In this document: in pieces, positions 42,329-56,672 of the stretch | How positions within the stretch are numbered: the first letter of the stretch is position 1 | Layout of the letters: the number at the start of each line of letters is the position of its first letter | Assembly: GCF_009914755.1 (NCBI RefSeq) | Contig: NC_060925.1 | Source of the DNA: the human T2T-CHM13v2.0 reference genome, Homo sapiens | Direction: 5' to 3' (one strand) | Length of the DNA: 64,000 bases | Notes under the pieces: model-generated | Told to the model about the DNA's origin: nothing | Database searches by the model: none | The model's input: only the letters and a program-made list of their open reading frames with translations | Program-made: the position numbers and the translations under genes

Positions 42329-42334
42329 AATAAA
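42329..42334 (+). terminator. POGK: Candidate distal POGK poly(A) signal
   Basis: AATAAA with upstream TGTA (42292, 42300) and downstream ggtttatttgtc. Confidence 0.45.
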
Positions 42335-42357
42335 CAACAAAGTTTTCTCCCAAAAGG

Positions 42358-42363
42358 TTTATT
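42358..42363 (-). terminator. TADA1: TADA1 poly(A) signal
   Basis: Minus-strand AATAAA ~1.04 kb after the stop, with four upstream UGUA elements (42378-42432) and a downstream tttgttgtttatt element. Confidence 0.7.
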
Positions 42364-43399
42364 TGTCACATTTAAAGTACAAAATCAAATACACAGATCC
42401 AGATATGTGAACCATATATACATATCTATACAGCCATTATTTAGACTTTCACAAACCTATCTATACATTCTAATTTATCTATCAACACTATCCCTTAAGT
42501 AAAAAGCAACATATCTCTTAAGTAGGTTTGTTATCAGTAACACTATCGAATGTAAATTATTTTCACTTCATCACTTGAAACGGTAGAAATAGGTACCTCC
42601 TAGAAACTGGAGAATTACCAAGCATATATCCAATTTGTATAGATTTCTTAAAATACATTCTATAGGAATAATTAACCGAAGAAACTGCCAATCAAAGTTT
42701 TTGGGCATATTTAACAAAACTTGAGTCATGGGAAGACATAAAGTTAATTAATTGCATTACAAGAGTTTTGTTTTGACTTTGGTTTTAAATGCAAAGAGGG
42801 GCTTTATTTTGTTTAGTACACAGAGCACTTCCAAGTCATATTTCCTGTGGAGTTATAGTGATAAATTTCTCAGGGGCTACCTATCGCTATTAAAATTTGA
42901 ACTGGTCACTAAAGGAGGTATCTGATTTTTAACACTGTGTAGGTTATTTCAACCAAAATGCAAGAACACATTCTTTAGGAGAAAGGCAGAAATTTTAGAC
43001 TTCTAGATACAGAATGTATGATGTCACTGAACACACAGATATCCTGCTGATCAGGGGGATTAAGTTAAAACAGCTTCTTTGTTCTAGGATGTCATCTATC
43101 TTACATGCAGACCACAGGACACTAAGCCTCAGGTACCTAAATATCTCCATTCCAGGCACAGGATTTCATTAGTGCCTGCTCCCACAACTGGGAACACATA
43201 CATATAGAGATATGGGTCATTACCAAAGATTTATATTAATGGCTTCACAATAGCAACACAAAATGTACTCAATGTCACATTTCCATAGGAAAGGTTATAT
43301 ATACACTATACACTTCAGCCTTGAAATGTGGACCCAAAAAACATTCAATTTTCAGTAATCAATGAATTTGGTGAGGGTCCCACACCCTCAAATCCTAAT

Positions 43400-43552
43400 T
43401 TAGCACAGCAAAAGCCCCTCCTTGGCTGCCAAGCGCTGGCGGTGAACTTTGTCTTGCTGCAGCTCTTCATGATTTGGATGCCAGAGTTTCGTGATGATCC
43501 TTTCAATGTTAAGAGCATAGACAGTATGTGTAGGGATGACTTCCCTGTGCAC
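43400..43552 (-). CDS. TADA1: TADA1 exon 8 (last coding)
   Basis: cccag|[50 protein letters not shown]. 153 nt. All exons total 1008 nt (335 aa). Confidence 0.95.
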   Translation of the reverse strand: MHREVIPTHTVYALNIERIITKLWHPNHEELQQDKVHRQRLAAKEGLLLC

Positions 43553-43951
43553 CTGGGATTAAAAAATTAACGCATGTCCAATTATACTTGAGTAGACTTA
43601 TTTTTCTGACATATAAAAGGGTTTATATCAACAAAACATACACACAATCTATAAACTTTCAGTCATACACTAAAATGAATCACCAATTGGATAATAATAA
43701 GGAAATAACAAGCTTCTGAAACAGGAATAGCAGAACAAGGGATTTTTTTTCTTTTCTTTCTTTATTGGGGAGATAGAAGATGGGCTCAGGATTTGAAAAA
43801 TGAGGCTAGTATTAATAACAGCTTTTATAACAGACAAAACTGAAAAACACAAAGCCAAGAAGTGGAAAAAACCAGTGAATACCTTTGTAGACTTAAAGAA
43901 TCTCTTAACCTATCCATAAACCTAGGTAAACTTTAAGGAGCCAAGACTTAC

Positions 43952-44114
43952 CTGCAAAGCTTCAAAAAGATCGTACATGTTCACCGGAGGCAAAGATGCA
44001 GGTAGAGTGTCTCCGGAGCATGCCAGCAGGAGTGCAGCCTGCTGCTCAGCATCATCAGGGGGTGGGTGAGAAGCTGGATTCTGACCAGCACAGGGAGCAG
44101 TAAAAGCTGGAGGG
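43952..44114 (-). CDS. TADA1: TADA1 exon 7
   Basis: ttcag|...[13 protein letters not shown]...MYDLFEALQ|gtaagt. 163 nt. Confidence 0.95.
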
Positions 44115-46016
44115 CTGAAAATAAAAATTTCAGAAATAGTCCCAGCACAGAGACAACTGAGCAACAAGGACAGGAGTGGCCTGCTAGAATCTTATTTAAA
44201 AAATCTTTAATTGAATTAGAAATCCATTCAATGTCTACTCCTGTAGACATGAATAATCTGTAATTTTAACTTTTAAAGGCTGGAAATAAAACATAATACA
44301 ACTATATTTACCCTCCTTCTTCCACAATGTTAAAATATTTACCTAGCTCAGGATACTGAACTTCCAGTTGAAAAAACTAACAGACCTTAACTACAGGAAT
44401 ATAACATTCAAAACAAATAAAGAGGGAGGTGAATGGTACTGGAAACAACTGGTTCTAAAATAAATTAGAAGAAAAGAAGACATAGCACAGAAGCAACAGG
44501 CAAAAATGGAGAGTGGGGAAAATTAATCCAGAACCTGCCAATTTCCCAAAATAGAGCTAGATACAAACTGAGAAGTCAGACATAGTTTTTACTTCATAAC
44601 CCAGTAGGAGATAACCTACACAATGCTGAGGACGTATCTAGAGGTAAAACAAAAGAGTAAAGCAGTAACTCAGAGGAAAGCACAGTGGAACGTTAGCGTG
44701 GGACTGAAGCATCAGACAAAAGCAGCCCTGTTAGAGTAACAAGTGGCCAATAGAGAGGCAAAAGCCCTCAGAGACTGGCCAGCAGGGCAGAGAGGGCTTG
44801 GGAGTCCCGCCAGGGCCAGAAGCTGCTCCCAACATCACCCGCTACAAGGAGCCACTTTTGGGGATTTGTTTTTTTCTAGAGAAGAATGATCCCAAACAGA
44901 TAAGCCTGAATGGGATTCAGACAATAAATCACCACATATGGCAATCTAAACAGTAAACCCAATTTAAGATGGGTTAAAATAGGCCCATGACCCCTGTAAA
45001 GGTCTTCAGAGTCATGAAATGGGCACTGGCACAAACTCCCACATGTGCTATCAACACTCTCTCTATCCAACTCTCTTAGCTTTCCCACCTACACCTCCTG
45101 CCTTCCCTTCCTGTTACTTCACCAATCACCCTGCCACCCTTCCCAGTCATACATACTTTTTTCTCTGAACTTGCAAGTCCCAGTTATCTCTTTACCTCTC
45201 TTCTCCCAAACTAACCAGATACGCAAAGTCCAGCAAATCACAAGAAATTCAAGTCACTTCAGTAACCATAAAGAAAATTACATTACTACTTTTTTTTTCC
45301 TTTCCCAAAGGCTTAAAATTCAGACTAAATTCCCTTTGGGGGAAGTGGAGGACAAAAGGAGATGGAAGGATAAGAAAGACAACACAGGGATGAAAGTAAT
45401 CTAGGTTGTTTCATAAAGGGGTGACTCAGGACATAGAGACATCCTGAAGCCCTCAATGGGAAGAGGACACAGGAATCCCAGAGGTGAGCTGAGAGACCAT
45501 GTCTGCACAGCAGGAGGCCAAAAGCAAGTGATGACACCAGGCACAGACCACTATCTTGAGCTATGCCTACAAGAGCCAGATGAGGGCCTGGAGAAACATC
45601 TACCACTCCTCCTCCTCCCACCACCAAGACACCCAGCTGTGACCCAACAATCACAGGCCCTGCCTCTAACTGAAAGCAGGCTCACTTCCCCACTGGGCAG
45701 GTGATGCCCCTCGGGAGCCCTCAGGATGCACCACCTATGCACTACTCCACTGCACCTAAGAAAGTCGGGGCGGGGGGACAAGCACATTAAACCCGCATGC
45801 AGAAGCCAAACTCTGCAACTTCACTTCTCATAAAAGGAGTACCAAAATAATTCACTAGATCTCAGGCAAGTATAGGACTTTAAAAAATAAAATTGTACTC
45901 CTATTAAAGGTACTTTAAACCTATGAAAACACAATCAATTATTTAACAATGGTCTATAAGAGGAGTATAAACAACTAGCAAAAGATGGAAAGAAAATCAC
46001 AAGAAACTTCATTTAC

Positions 46017-46168
46017 CTTTCTATTAAGTTGTTGTAAGCTACTACACTATTCTTCAGGTATGGCTGCGGGGTCACGTTACTGCCAAAGGCATATTTAAAA
46101 TGACCATCTCGTAACCGATAAGCTTTCCTTCTTGACACAACTGACGTCAGTATATCTTTAAGGTGATT
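46017..46168 (-). CDS. TADA1: TADA1 exon 6
   Basis: tacag|[50 protein letters not shown]|gtaaat. 152 nt. Confidence 0.95.
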
Positions 46169-46489
46169 CTGTAAACATACAAAAAGAAAAATAGCATGAT
46201 ATCCTCTTTAAAAGCAAATCATAAAACTTCCACTGACCAAAAAACATTTATTGGCATTTAGATGGAGATGCAGAATAGGTTAGTATATGCTAGAACCAAA
46301 TGAATGTTCACATGAAGAGCCACGGAGCCACACCAAAGGAGTAGGAGGGTATGGGAAAGAGGGGGACATGCTTATTTTCATGTATTAATAGTTCTCTTTA
46401 AGAGGGGCTTGCTATACATGAAATTTGAAAAGTCTTTACATCTCTAAATTGGCTCCTCTCTCTCAAAAATGAGTTTTAGATGGCTTTAA

Positions 46490-46785
<296 letters not shown>

Positions 46786-47603
46786 AAAAATGACTTTTTA
46801 AAAAGAGACAAACTATGCTGAAACTTTGTTTAAAATAGGACAAAAAGTTTTAAGATCTGATATTATTGGAACCAAAATCCTTGCGTGAAAAGAACCTTGG
46901 CTCTCTCAAAAGCCACATAAACAACAGATATATAGGAAATAAGCACAAAATAAATTAGGTACTTGATTTCTCTTCACTTTCATGAGAGCCAAGTATATAA
47001 GAAAAGGTTGAGGAAGCCTGTGAAAATAGAGTGACAGAACTCGTCCCAGGCTACCATTATTAATAGGGGAGCCAGCATCAGGCAGGGTGTTTCAATTATA
47101 CCAAGGAAAATCCACTTATATCAAGACATTATTGTACTATTTAAATTGGTTTGCACGCAGAATTCATTTAATGTTTATAACTTCATGGGACAACTGTTAT
47201 TATTTTTGAAGTACAGATGAAGAAAATAGGGCTCAGAGAATTGAAAATCCAATGTCACCTGACCATACTCGTGCATTATAGACCCCATCAAATTAGTTTT
47301 GTCAAGTAACTAAATGAATAAAATGAATGGACAAATGAAATCATGAGCAGAGACAAGAATTCTGCTGTTCAGATGCCAAGACTAATACTCTTCAGTGCTG
47401 TATCACAGCAAAAACAAGTGACTTTAATCTATAGGATTCTCAATTTCATTTCTTTCCTTAAAAACCGTTCCCCTGTTGACAAAACATCAGATCAACCAGA
47501 AGAGTTATGCCATAAATAACCTTTCTGAAAAGCTTAGTCTATTAACTGAAGACAACTATTTGGATTATAGTGAGTTTCTCCTCTTAAAAGAAAACAACTT
47601 TTA

Positions 47604-47895
<292 letters not shown>

Positions 47896-48033
47896 CAGAA
47901 AACAACTTCAACAATGACAATTCTGTGAAATCAGAGTGACATTTGGATTCTTTTCTTGCAATACCGACTTTAAACAACACACAAGCCTATCACATTCCAC
48001 CTGTAAGATTATTTCTGCCAACAGCAAACCAAC

Positions 48034-48243
48034 CTCCACAGCATAGACAACAGCTGAAACAGCCTCCTCGGTGACATTGTCCAGCCCATGCTCATAAGCA
48101 GTCACTATCATTCTCCCTTCAAGCTGGCCTCGAGTGGGAAGCATCATTGTGTGGGAACAAAGTTTCAAGTCGTCATCATCTTGGGGATCCTTTGCCACAA
48201 ATTGCTGGGCTCCTGAGAGAGGATTTTGAGGCTGGAATCTATG
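48034..48243 (-). CDS. TADA1: TADA1 exon 5 (start of histone-fold region)
   Basis: catag|[70 protein letters not shown]|gttggt. 210 nt. Confidence 0.96.
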
Positions 48244-49655
48244 CTATGAGTAAGAAAAACTTTTTAAAATTACTCATTACAGTAGCAAACAAGACACAAA
48301 AGTAAACTCCTGTACTGAAGTTGAGATCCTCCAAATTAATGCCACCAAAACTATACCACAGGGGTTAAGGGAAAAAAGAGTTAATTCATGCACAAATAAT
48401 CACAGATTCACATCCAATACAAGGTAATAATGAAGACATGGATTAAGGGGAATAATGGTAGTTTGCATAGTAGTTTATTCTATTCAATTAATACCTTGGT
48501 GATCACAGAATGTATGGCACTGTGTTAAAAATAACTGAAGGAGAAGGAGAAGTATTGAACTATATTCAAACAAATCAGAGCATTTTAAATCTAACCGTAA
48601 GTAGGTTCTAAAAGTATAAACATATAATGAATGATTCAATTAAATCTTAAAAAGCCTAGCTAACCAATATGGCAGATCTAGTAACAAATATTCCAAGATA
48701 ATGCTATGTAGAGTAACTATTTAATTGCTGTTATTTTCTACTTAGAATTCTCAACACAGAACCTAAGATACAGTCATGACTATTTTTCTCAGTCTTTTTC
48801 ATTCATAAAATCTCAGCCTTCCTCAGGGAGATTCTGATAGCCCATTCATGTTCTCCATCACCACCTGGAGTTATGCCCCAGTACCTTTTGCTTAAGGCTA
48901 ATATAAAAGATTTTGTAGTGAAGATGGTTTGTCCCTGTTTGAAATTGATATTATGAAAACAATATGGTTATTTTTCCATTTTCCAAGTACAAAACTACTT
49001 TATATTGAACATCTCTTTTTAAATCAGACATGTCTCTCTAGAGATCCCGATGGCCTCTACATTCTTACTGATATAAAGCATATAGTCAAGGTGAAAATAA
49101 ATAATTGTTTATTGATGTTAATCAATAAAGCTATCAATATCCCATAAACCTATAAAAGGGTTACTTCGGGGAAGTTTTTTTCCCTAAATATACACTGAAA
49201 AAAGCAATTTGTTTTAAAATGCTTACAAATTTTATAGCCAAATGCCTTCATGACATCTCTACTAGTCCTCAAAAGGCTCAGGGCCCAGCTGGGCATCACC
49301 AGGACCCCATTAAAGGCCTTCAGGCTGCCTGAGCCCTTGAGACAGATGTCTTCATCCAAGAAACATTATTCATTCAAGAAAAATACTTAACAGGAGAGAC
49401 AAAGGCATTGTTTTGAATAACTGAAAAATCATTAGCTACTAATGATAACATTACTATTTAAGCAGTAACAAACAAGAACTATAAAAATTCAGACACCTAG
49501 AACTCACAATCCTTGAAACGCTTTTCTTCCCAAATCATACTCCTTTTTTTCAACTCTACTACCAGTATTTTAATATTCATTTAAAAACTAAAGCTAGTCC
49601 CAACATGCCACTACTTCAATCAGTCATTATCAAGACCTATTAAAGAACAACCTAC

Positions 49656-49753
49656 ATCAAATTTCTGACGAACAGAAGAAAGCTTTTTCTTTCCCTTGGG
49701 TTTTCCAGGTTTTGCTGCGGAACCCCCTGGCCAAGGCAAAGATCCAGCACCAT
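49656..49753 (-). CDS. TADA1: TADA1 exon 4
   Basis: cctag|(D)GAGSLPWPGGSAAKPGKPKGKKKLSSVRQKFD|gtaggt. 98 nt. Basic NLS-like patch. Confidence 0.95.
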
Positions 49754-51364
49754 CTAGGAGACAGAAATATATAACCATAAGTAAAAATAATGAAAACTGA
49801 TAACTGCTAAGTTTGTTTTCATTTGGGGTAAAAAGCATGGAATGCTCATGAAATGCAAATAACTAATGAATGCTTAAATCAAAACCTTCTCTTTCTACTT
49901 CTCTAAATAAAATTATCGATCCTCTCAAATCACATTTTTTTCCTAGCTGCAACTAAAATTTTTTTAGGAAGACAAATTTTTTTATATTTTCAATTAATGT
50001 TTATTGGGTGTTTTGTTTATTAGCAGTAGTATTATTATAGATGTAGGACAGAATTTGCTGGTCTAAGATGATGAACTGAGCACATGTATTTATCTCCTCT
50101 CCCAAGACGCTACAAAATATGAAAGTAAGGAAGGTAAATGGCACACTTGCACAACAGAGGTTAAAAAGGAAAATGAGTGGCAGACACGATGAGATGTCAA
50201 CAAATTTCTAGGATGGACTAAAAGGGTGCAGACTCGTGAAGCAGACCCATAGAAGCTGTAACCTAGGCTAGGCAAGGAAGGTGGCAAGTGAGGCAGAAGC
50301 ACGTCAACCTGCCTGGAAGAAACCCACAACCTGGATTGGGAGAATGTGAGTGAGTGGAAACCAGGAGGGATCTGTAAGGCTAAAAACAAAATTAATGGAA
50401 TGTCTATATCCTTAAATCATCCACACAAACCCACTCACTCACCCCCAAAACTGGGTTCAGTACAAAATCAAAGTGCTGGGCCTCGTGTTTAAAAATTAAG
50501 AATTTCAAGATAATGATGGTACAAACCAAGTGCAGGGCCCTTCTGTGCAATGCAGGTCACAGGCCCAGGAAGGCTCATTCCCATGCACAGAATGACACAG
50601 AGCAGGGTATTTATAATAGCTAAGTCAGGGGGTTAGAAGGAAGGTGGGGAGGGAATAAGGACTCTTCTCTAGTTAAACCGAACACAATTTCTGGGATTTA
50701 CTAAGGTAGCTGGTAGGGATGTTGGTACCCTACAGCAAAGCTCTCTGTATATGGGAATTTGGGAGACCCCCAGTTTAACAGTAGGCTTCCTGTCAGCTTA
50801 CTCTAAAGCAAAGTCTCTAGGCAGTTTTATGCTTCATTCTTAAACATGAAAAGGACAATAATTAATCACCAGATATTTGACAATATTCTTTCACATGACA
50901 AGAAAGAGCAAGCTAAAAAAATAAAAATAAAAAAAAAAGAGGTTCTAGACAGGAAATGCAAAAGAATTCTGATAAATTTCCAACAGGTATCCGCAGAAAA
51001 CTTTCAGAACATGTTCATCCATGAAACAAGATGCTATTAAAATTGCTGAATTAAAGAATGCATTCAACAGAAAGGCCCAAAGAGTTCAGGAAATCTCAAA
51101 CACAGAGCAATAAGACAGAGATGTTAAAATCAGTTAATCCAGAAACAGATTTAAGCAACTATGAGGGCTAAAGAGGTCCCACCAGAAGAACAAAAAACAA
51201 AAAGTAGTTGCCTTTGGGAATAGGTCTAGGGGTGGGAACAAGCTTTTATCATAAAACCTTCTGTGCTACTGATATTTTTTTAACCATGAACATATATTGT
51301 TTAATGTTAAAAAAAAAAAAAAGTAACACAACCTCACTACAGTACACTTAAAAAGAAAACTCAA

Positions 51365-51668
<304 letters not shown>

Positions 51669-52477
51669 TCAAAAAAATTTTTAAGAAAGAAAAAATCACC
51701 CATAATCATAGTAAAATGTTCCTACAATTTTGATATTTTTGGAAAGAAACGTTTTTAACGCTTTGAAAAAAAAAAATATTCCAGATTCCTCAGTTTAAAA
51801 AGAACTGTTTGGGAAGTCAGGTTCCTCTTATCTTTGGCATGCACAGATCTCACTTGATAAGGTCAGCCAATCTTAGATGATTTTCCCAAGAAATCCCTTC
51901 CTGATAAATGAAACTGGATGCCAAGTGATGACAGGAAAGTAGGCTGGACATGCAGACGATGATGCAAAGGAGCAGGCCTGCAAACTCACAGCTTACCAGC
52001 TGCTGCTGCGTGGCCAAGCGAAGCACGCTAAGGCCTAACCCTGACAAAATGGAAGGCTTTTTAGTAGCACTTAGATTTCAGTTTTGATCCAACACATCCA
52101 ATTACTAGCTGGATAAGGCCTAAGGCAAGTTTTTCTTTTGTTTTGTTTTCTCTTCTCTTAATTTTGTTTCCTTATCTATAAAAACAGGCTAACACCTACC
52201 ATGCAGAATTGTTGTGAGGATTAAAGATAATGCATATAAAGTGTCTAGTATGCTATACTCAACAAATATTATTATTAATATCATCTTTCCTGACTAGCTT
52301 AGAAAACTAGAAAACAACCCATCCAAAATTGTGAGGTACAAACAACTATATTTTACTTGTAATAGAAATCTTCTCTTTGTTGCTAACAAATATTAATTTC
52401 ATTTTGAGAAATTTGGGGTGTTCAATGGAAGAATACATTCTCAAAATCCAAATGCTTCTTCATTTATTTTAAAATAA

Positions 52478-52909
<432 letters not shown>

Positions 52910-53419
52910 TAAGTTCTTTCATCTGTTTTTTCATAATCCTACGGGGTAGATATTGCTGTACTTATTTTATAAATTTGAAAGCCCAAGTAACTATATTATG
53001 TAAGCTAGTGGCAAAACCTACACAAGAACCTAAGTCTCTTGACTCTTATCAACCAGGGTTTTTACTTCTGATCACTCCATTTATCTTTGGCATATGTGGC
53101 AATTTACAATATGCTTCCCTAAAAAGTAAGATTCACAATATTGGCTTTTCTGATCAAATTAAATTTTATGTAACAAAATAGATTATGATTTAACTTTGGA
53201 CATAAAAGAGGAATGGCTAAAGTCTACTTGTATATAAATTAAATAGCACATCAAAAATCTGACACAGTGTAAGAATGTGCGGTGATGAGTGTGGTGAGGG
53301 GAGGGAGGCAGTCACTGCTCTCTAAAACAACCCCACAAGCAGGTGCTCACAGTTTACTACACATTAACAACGACTTCTTTGAGGGTCAAAGAACGAGGTG
53401 TTAGGAGATCTTATGTGAA

Positions 53420-53714
53420 TTTTTTTTTTTTTTTTTTAAACACAGTTTCACTCTGTCGCCCAGGCTGAAGTGCCGTGGCACAATGTAACCTCTACCTCCC
53501 AGGTTCAAGCGATTCTCATGCCTCAGCCTCCTGAGTAGCTGGGACTACAGATGTGCGCCACCACGCCCGGCTAATTTTCTTTTTTGTATTATTAGTAGAG
53601 TAGGGGTTTCACCATGTTGGCCGGGCTGGTCTCGAACTCCTGACCTCAAGTGACCCGCCCGCCTCAGCCTCCCAAAGTGCTGGGAATACAGGCGTGAGCC
53701 ACCACGCCCTGGCT
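53420..53714 (-). mobile_element. Alu
   Basis: Alu reverse complement with a small internal deletion. Confidence 0.92.
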
Positions 53715-54489
53715 TGAGTTCTTTATCATACAGTAGAAGTAAACAGAGAGAGAGGATTAAAAAATACCAGCCATTTATAGATAAAACATGAGCTTTCGAT
53801 ATATGATCATCAGAATCACCCTAAGCCCTTAAAAAAATTTCAATTTAATCTACAACAGGAGTTGGTAAGCACAATTGTAATGGTAACTTTTGTAGTCTTA
53901 TGAATAGATATAAATTGCAATTTAGAAATATAAAAACTACTGAATAAATCATTTGGCCTAATTTTTTTTAAAAAGTCCAGTATGACTTTTATCATGAGGA
54001 AAGTTTTCAATGTATTTAATTACTTGTTTTTGACTGATTAAAATAAGATGGTTGAGAGAGGTGACTTACAGCTTAATCTTCTCTTCAGGTTAAAGTGACA
54101 GGTTTCGTTTCCACCTACCCCCTCAACATGCTACTATCCCCTACCTCTTGTTATCTACCAATAATCTGTGAAACACAGGTGCTGAAGCTTGACCTTTCAG
54201 GTGCTATCTTACCTAAGAACATAGTGGAAGTCCAGGTTCCCAACATATGCTGGGTTCCCCCACCTCCCCACTACGGACACCTTTCAAGTTAGGTATCCCT
54301 TAGGTACAGGACACCTAACACCAACTGCCCTCTCTTCATCTCCCTTACCTTCTTCATCCTGATCTCCCACCCTCTTCCTCACTTCTCATTTACTTAAGTA
54401 ATCTAAAATGTAGCTGAGTGGGGACTCAATATCAAAAGGTAATATAAGTACAGGGACATAACCTGCTTTACAAGGCTCCGTAGATTTGG

Positions 54490-55123
54490 GCAGTCCCTGC
54501 TGTGGTGCTCACCCTGCGCCCTCTTGTTCCCGGGCTATCTCCTTGCTTGCCTTCTGGCTCTCTCAAGCCCTATTCTGAGGGACACCACTATTTCCCCCAT
54601 TGAGCAAACTGGCCTGCGGGGGAGGGTGGCACACAGAGCAGCCTTGCCCAGCTCTCCCAGCATAACACGCCGGGACCAAGGGGTCCACGGGGGCTAGGAC
54701 TTGGACATGCCTAGGATTACACAATACCACCTAGGGAGAAAGCACTTGTGAAAACAAACATTCAGACAGTCCTTCCTTCTGGGTGTTAGAAAAGAGTAGT
54801 GCCACATCTGGCTTGGCTGAAAAACACTTTACTGATGTAGGAGCTGGCATCATAAGATGAAGATTATAGAGGAAGTGTTGGTGTTGTACAATTCAATTTT
54901 GGCAAAGAAAAGTTTGGTGTCAAAAATGGTGATCAAATTGCATAGCTCATTTGTGAACAGACTTTTTCTCCAGAAACAGAAATTCAAGCTTTGGATGACA
55001 CTGAAAGGGGTTCAGGAGGTTTGGGTTCCACTGGAAAGAATTAAAATGTATGCCAAGAACTGAAAATGAGAAATCATACCTTTTTCTTAAAAATAAAGAG
55101 TTTCTGCTTTAAAAAAAAAAAAA
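54490..55123 (+). pseudogene. Processed pseudogene of dUTPase (DUT); probably the annotated DUTP6
   Basis: Intronless DUT-like sequence (DYTIPP, SGLAEKHFTDVGAGI, DEDYRGSVGVVQFNFGKEKF, ALDDTERGSGGLGSTGKN* ending 55044). Start ATG>AAG at 54565. Premature TAG at 54695, 54712 and 54943. AATAAA 55092-55097 and A13 tail 55111-55123. Confidence 0.92.
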
Positions 55124-55278
55124 GATTCTGTAAAAGAATTTGTATCTACCTAATAAAACTTTTCTTCTGAGTAGTTCAAAAACATCTGCTTTACAAACAC
55201 TAGCTGTGTCTATTAGAGAAAGCTAAAGTCTAGTGCTTTGCTGACTTACACACACTGGAAGTATTTCCACTCCCTTAC

Positions 55279-55344
55279 CTGGTGTAGAAACCAAAATCTG
55301 ACAACGCGTGAGAATGGCCAGGAGGAAATCATTGTGAGAATGGA
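55279..55344 (-). CDS. TADA1: TADA1 exon 3
   Basis: ttcag|(V)[21 protein letters not shown]|gtaagg. 66 nt. Confidence 0.95.
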
Positions 55345-55596
55345 CTGAAAAAGGAAAGATAGTGACAATCAAATTCAAAACATTTTCAACATAAGGAAAC
55401 CACAACTTTGGTCTAGCTTCTCAAGATTTTGGATATCCCCTATTCTGCCATGCTTTATACTTAAAGTATCCACATTATTAAGATAACCTTATACACCACA
55501 AAACCAAAATTTTACTTTTTAAAAAGGGAAAAGACTTTACTACAAATCTAGGAAAACTACAGAATAGTAAAATAACTCTGCAGATAATTATTTTAC

Positions 55597-55688
55597 CATT
55601 ATCCTGTGTGAGAAGTCTATGAGCTTCAAGGTCAAACTCCTCTTTGCTGATCTTCTGCTTGAACCACAGCTTTAGGTTAGCCCAGTAT
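55597..55688 (-). CDS. TADA1: TADA1 exon 2
   Basis: ctgcag|(Q)[30 protein letters not shown]|gtaaaa. 92 nt. Confidence 0.95.
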
Positions 55689-55739
55689 CTGCAGAGGCAG
55701 AAACAATACTAAGAACCACAGATTTGGCTGCTTCTAGTT

Positions 55740-55882
55740 TTTTTTGTTTGTTTTGTTTTTTTAAAGAGACGGGGTTTTTTATTCTGTCACTCAGGCTGGA
55801 GTGCAGGGGAACAATCAGAGCTCTGAACTTCTGGCTTTAAGCTACCCTCCCACCTCAGCCCCCTGAGTAGCTGGGACTACAG
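55740..55882 (-). mobile_element. Partial Alu
   Basis: caggctggagtgcag...gagtagctgggactacag. Confidence 0.75.
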
Positions 55883-55959
55883 CATGAACACATTTTGCTT
55901 CTTCCCCAAGTTCAGCATACATGCTCCAACTCCGAGGAAAGGAAATTTTGCATTCCCTG

Positions 55960-56326
55960 GCTCTATGGGCTGAATTGTGTCCCCCCACAAAAGTCCTGTG
56001 TTAAAGCCTTAACCCTAGTACTTCAGAATATGACTCTATTTGGAGATTGGGCCTTTAAATAGTAATTAAGATGAGGCCATTAGGGTGGGCCCTAATCCAG
56101 TATGATTGGTGTCCTTATAAGAAGAGGCAATTAGGACACAGATACATTCACAAAGAAATAACCATGTGAACACACAACAAGAAGGCTGTCATCTATAGGA
56201 GAGAGGCCTCTTGCCAACATCTTGATCACAGACTTCCAGCCTTCAGAACTGTGAGAAAATAAATTTCTGTTGTTTAAGCGAACCAGTCTGTGGTACTTTG
56301 TTATGGCAGCCCTAGCAAACTAATAC
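55960..56326 (+). mobile_element. MLT1A/B-type MaLR LTR
   Basis: tatgggctgaattgtgtcccc...gcagccctagcaaactaataca. Confidence 0.8.
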
Positions 56327-56380
56327 ACCTAGGAATCAGAATACCAACAAAGAAAGGAAAATCCTCCCTAAAAGGGGACT

Positions 56381-56672
56381 CGCCGGTACGGTGGCTCATG
56401 CCTGTAGTCCCAGCACTTTGGGAGGTCAAGGCAGGCAGACCGCTTGAACCCAGGAGTTCGAGATTAGCCTGGGCAACATAGCAGGACCTCCCTCTCTACA
56501 AAAAATACAAAACTTAGCTGTGCATGTTGGTGCATGCCTGTAGTCCCTGCTACCTGGGAGGCTGAAGTGGAGGGACTGATTGAGCCCAGGAGGTCAGGGC
56601 TGCGGCGAGCCATGATCACACCACTACACTCCAGCCTGGGTGACAGAGCAAGACCTTGTCTCAAAACAAATA
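56381..56672 (+). mobile_element. Alu (J-like)
   Basis: Dimer. Flanking direct repeat taaaaggg. Confidence 0.9.

Noticed and set aside
54857-55063. 68-aa ORF in the DUT copy
   Set aside because: Out of frame with dUTPase. The dUTPase frame has a lost start and several stops.
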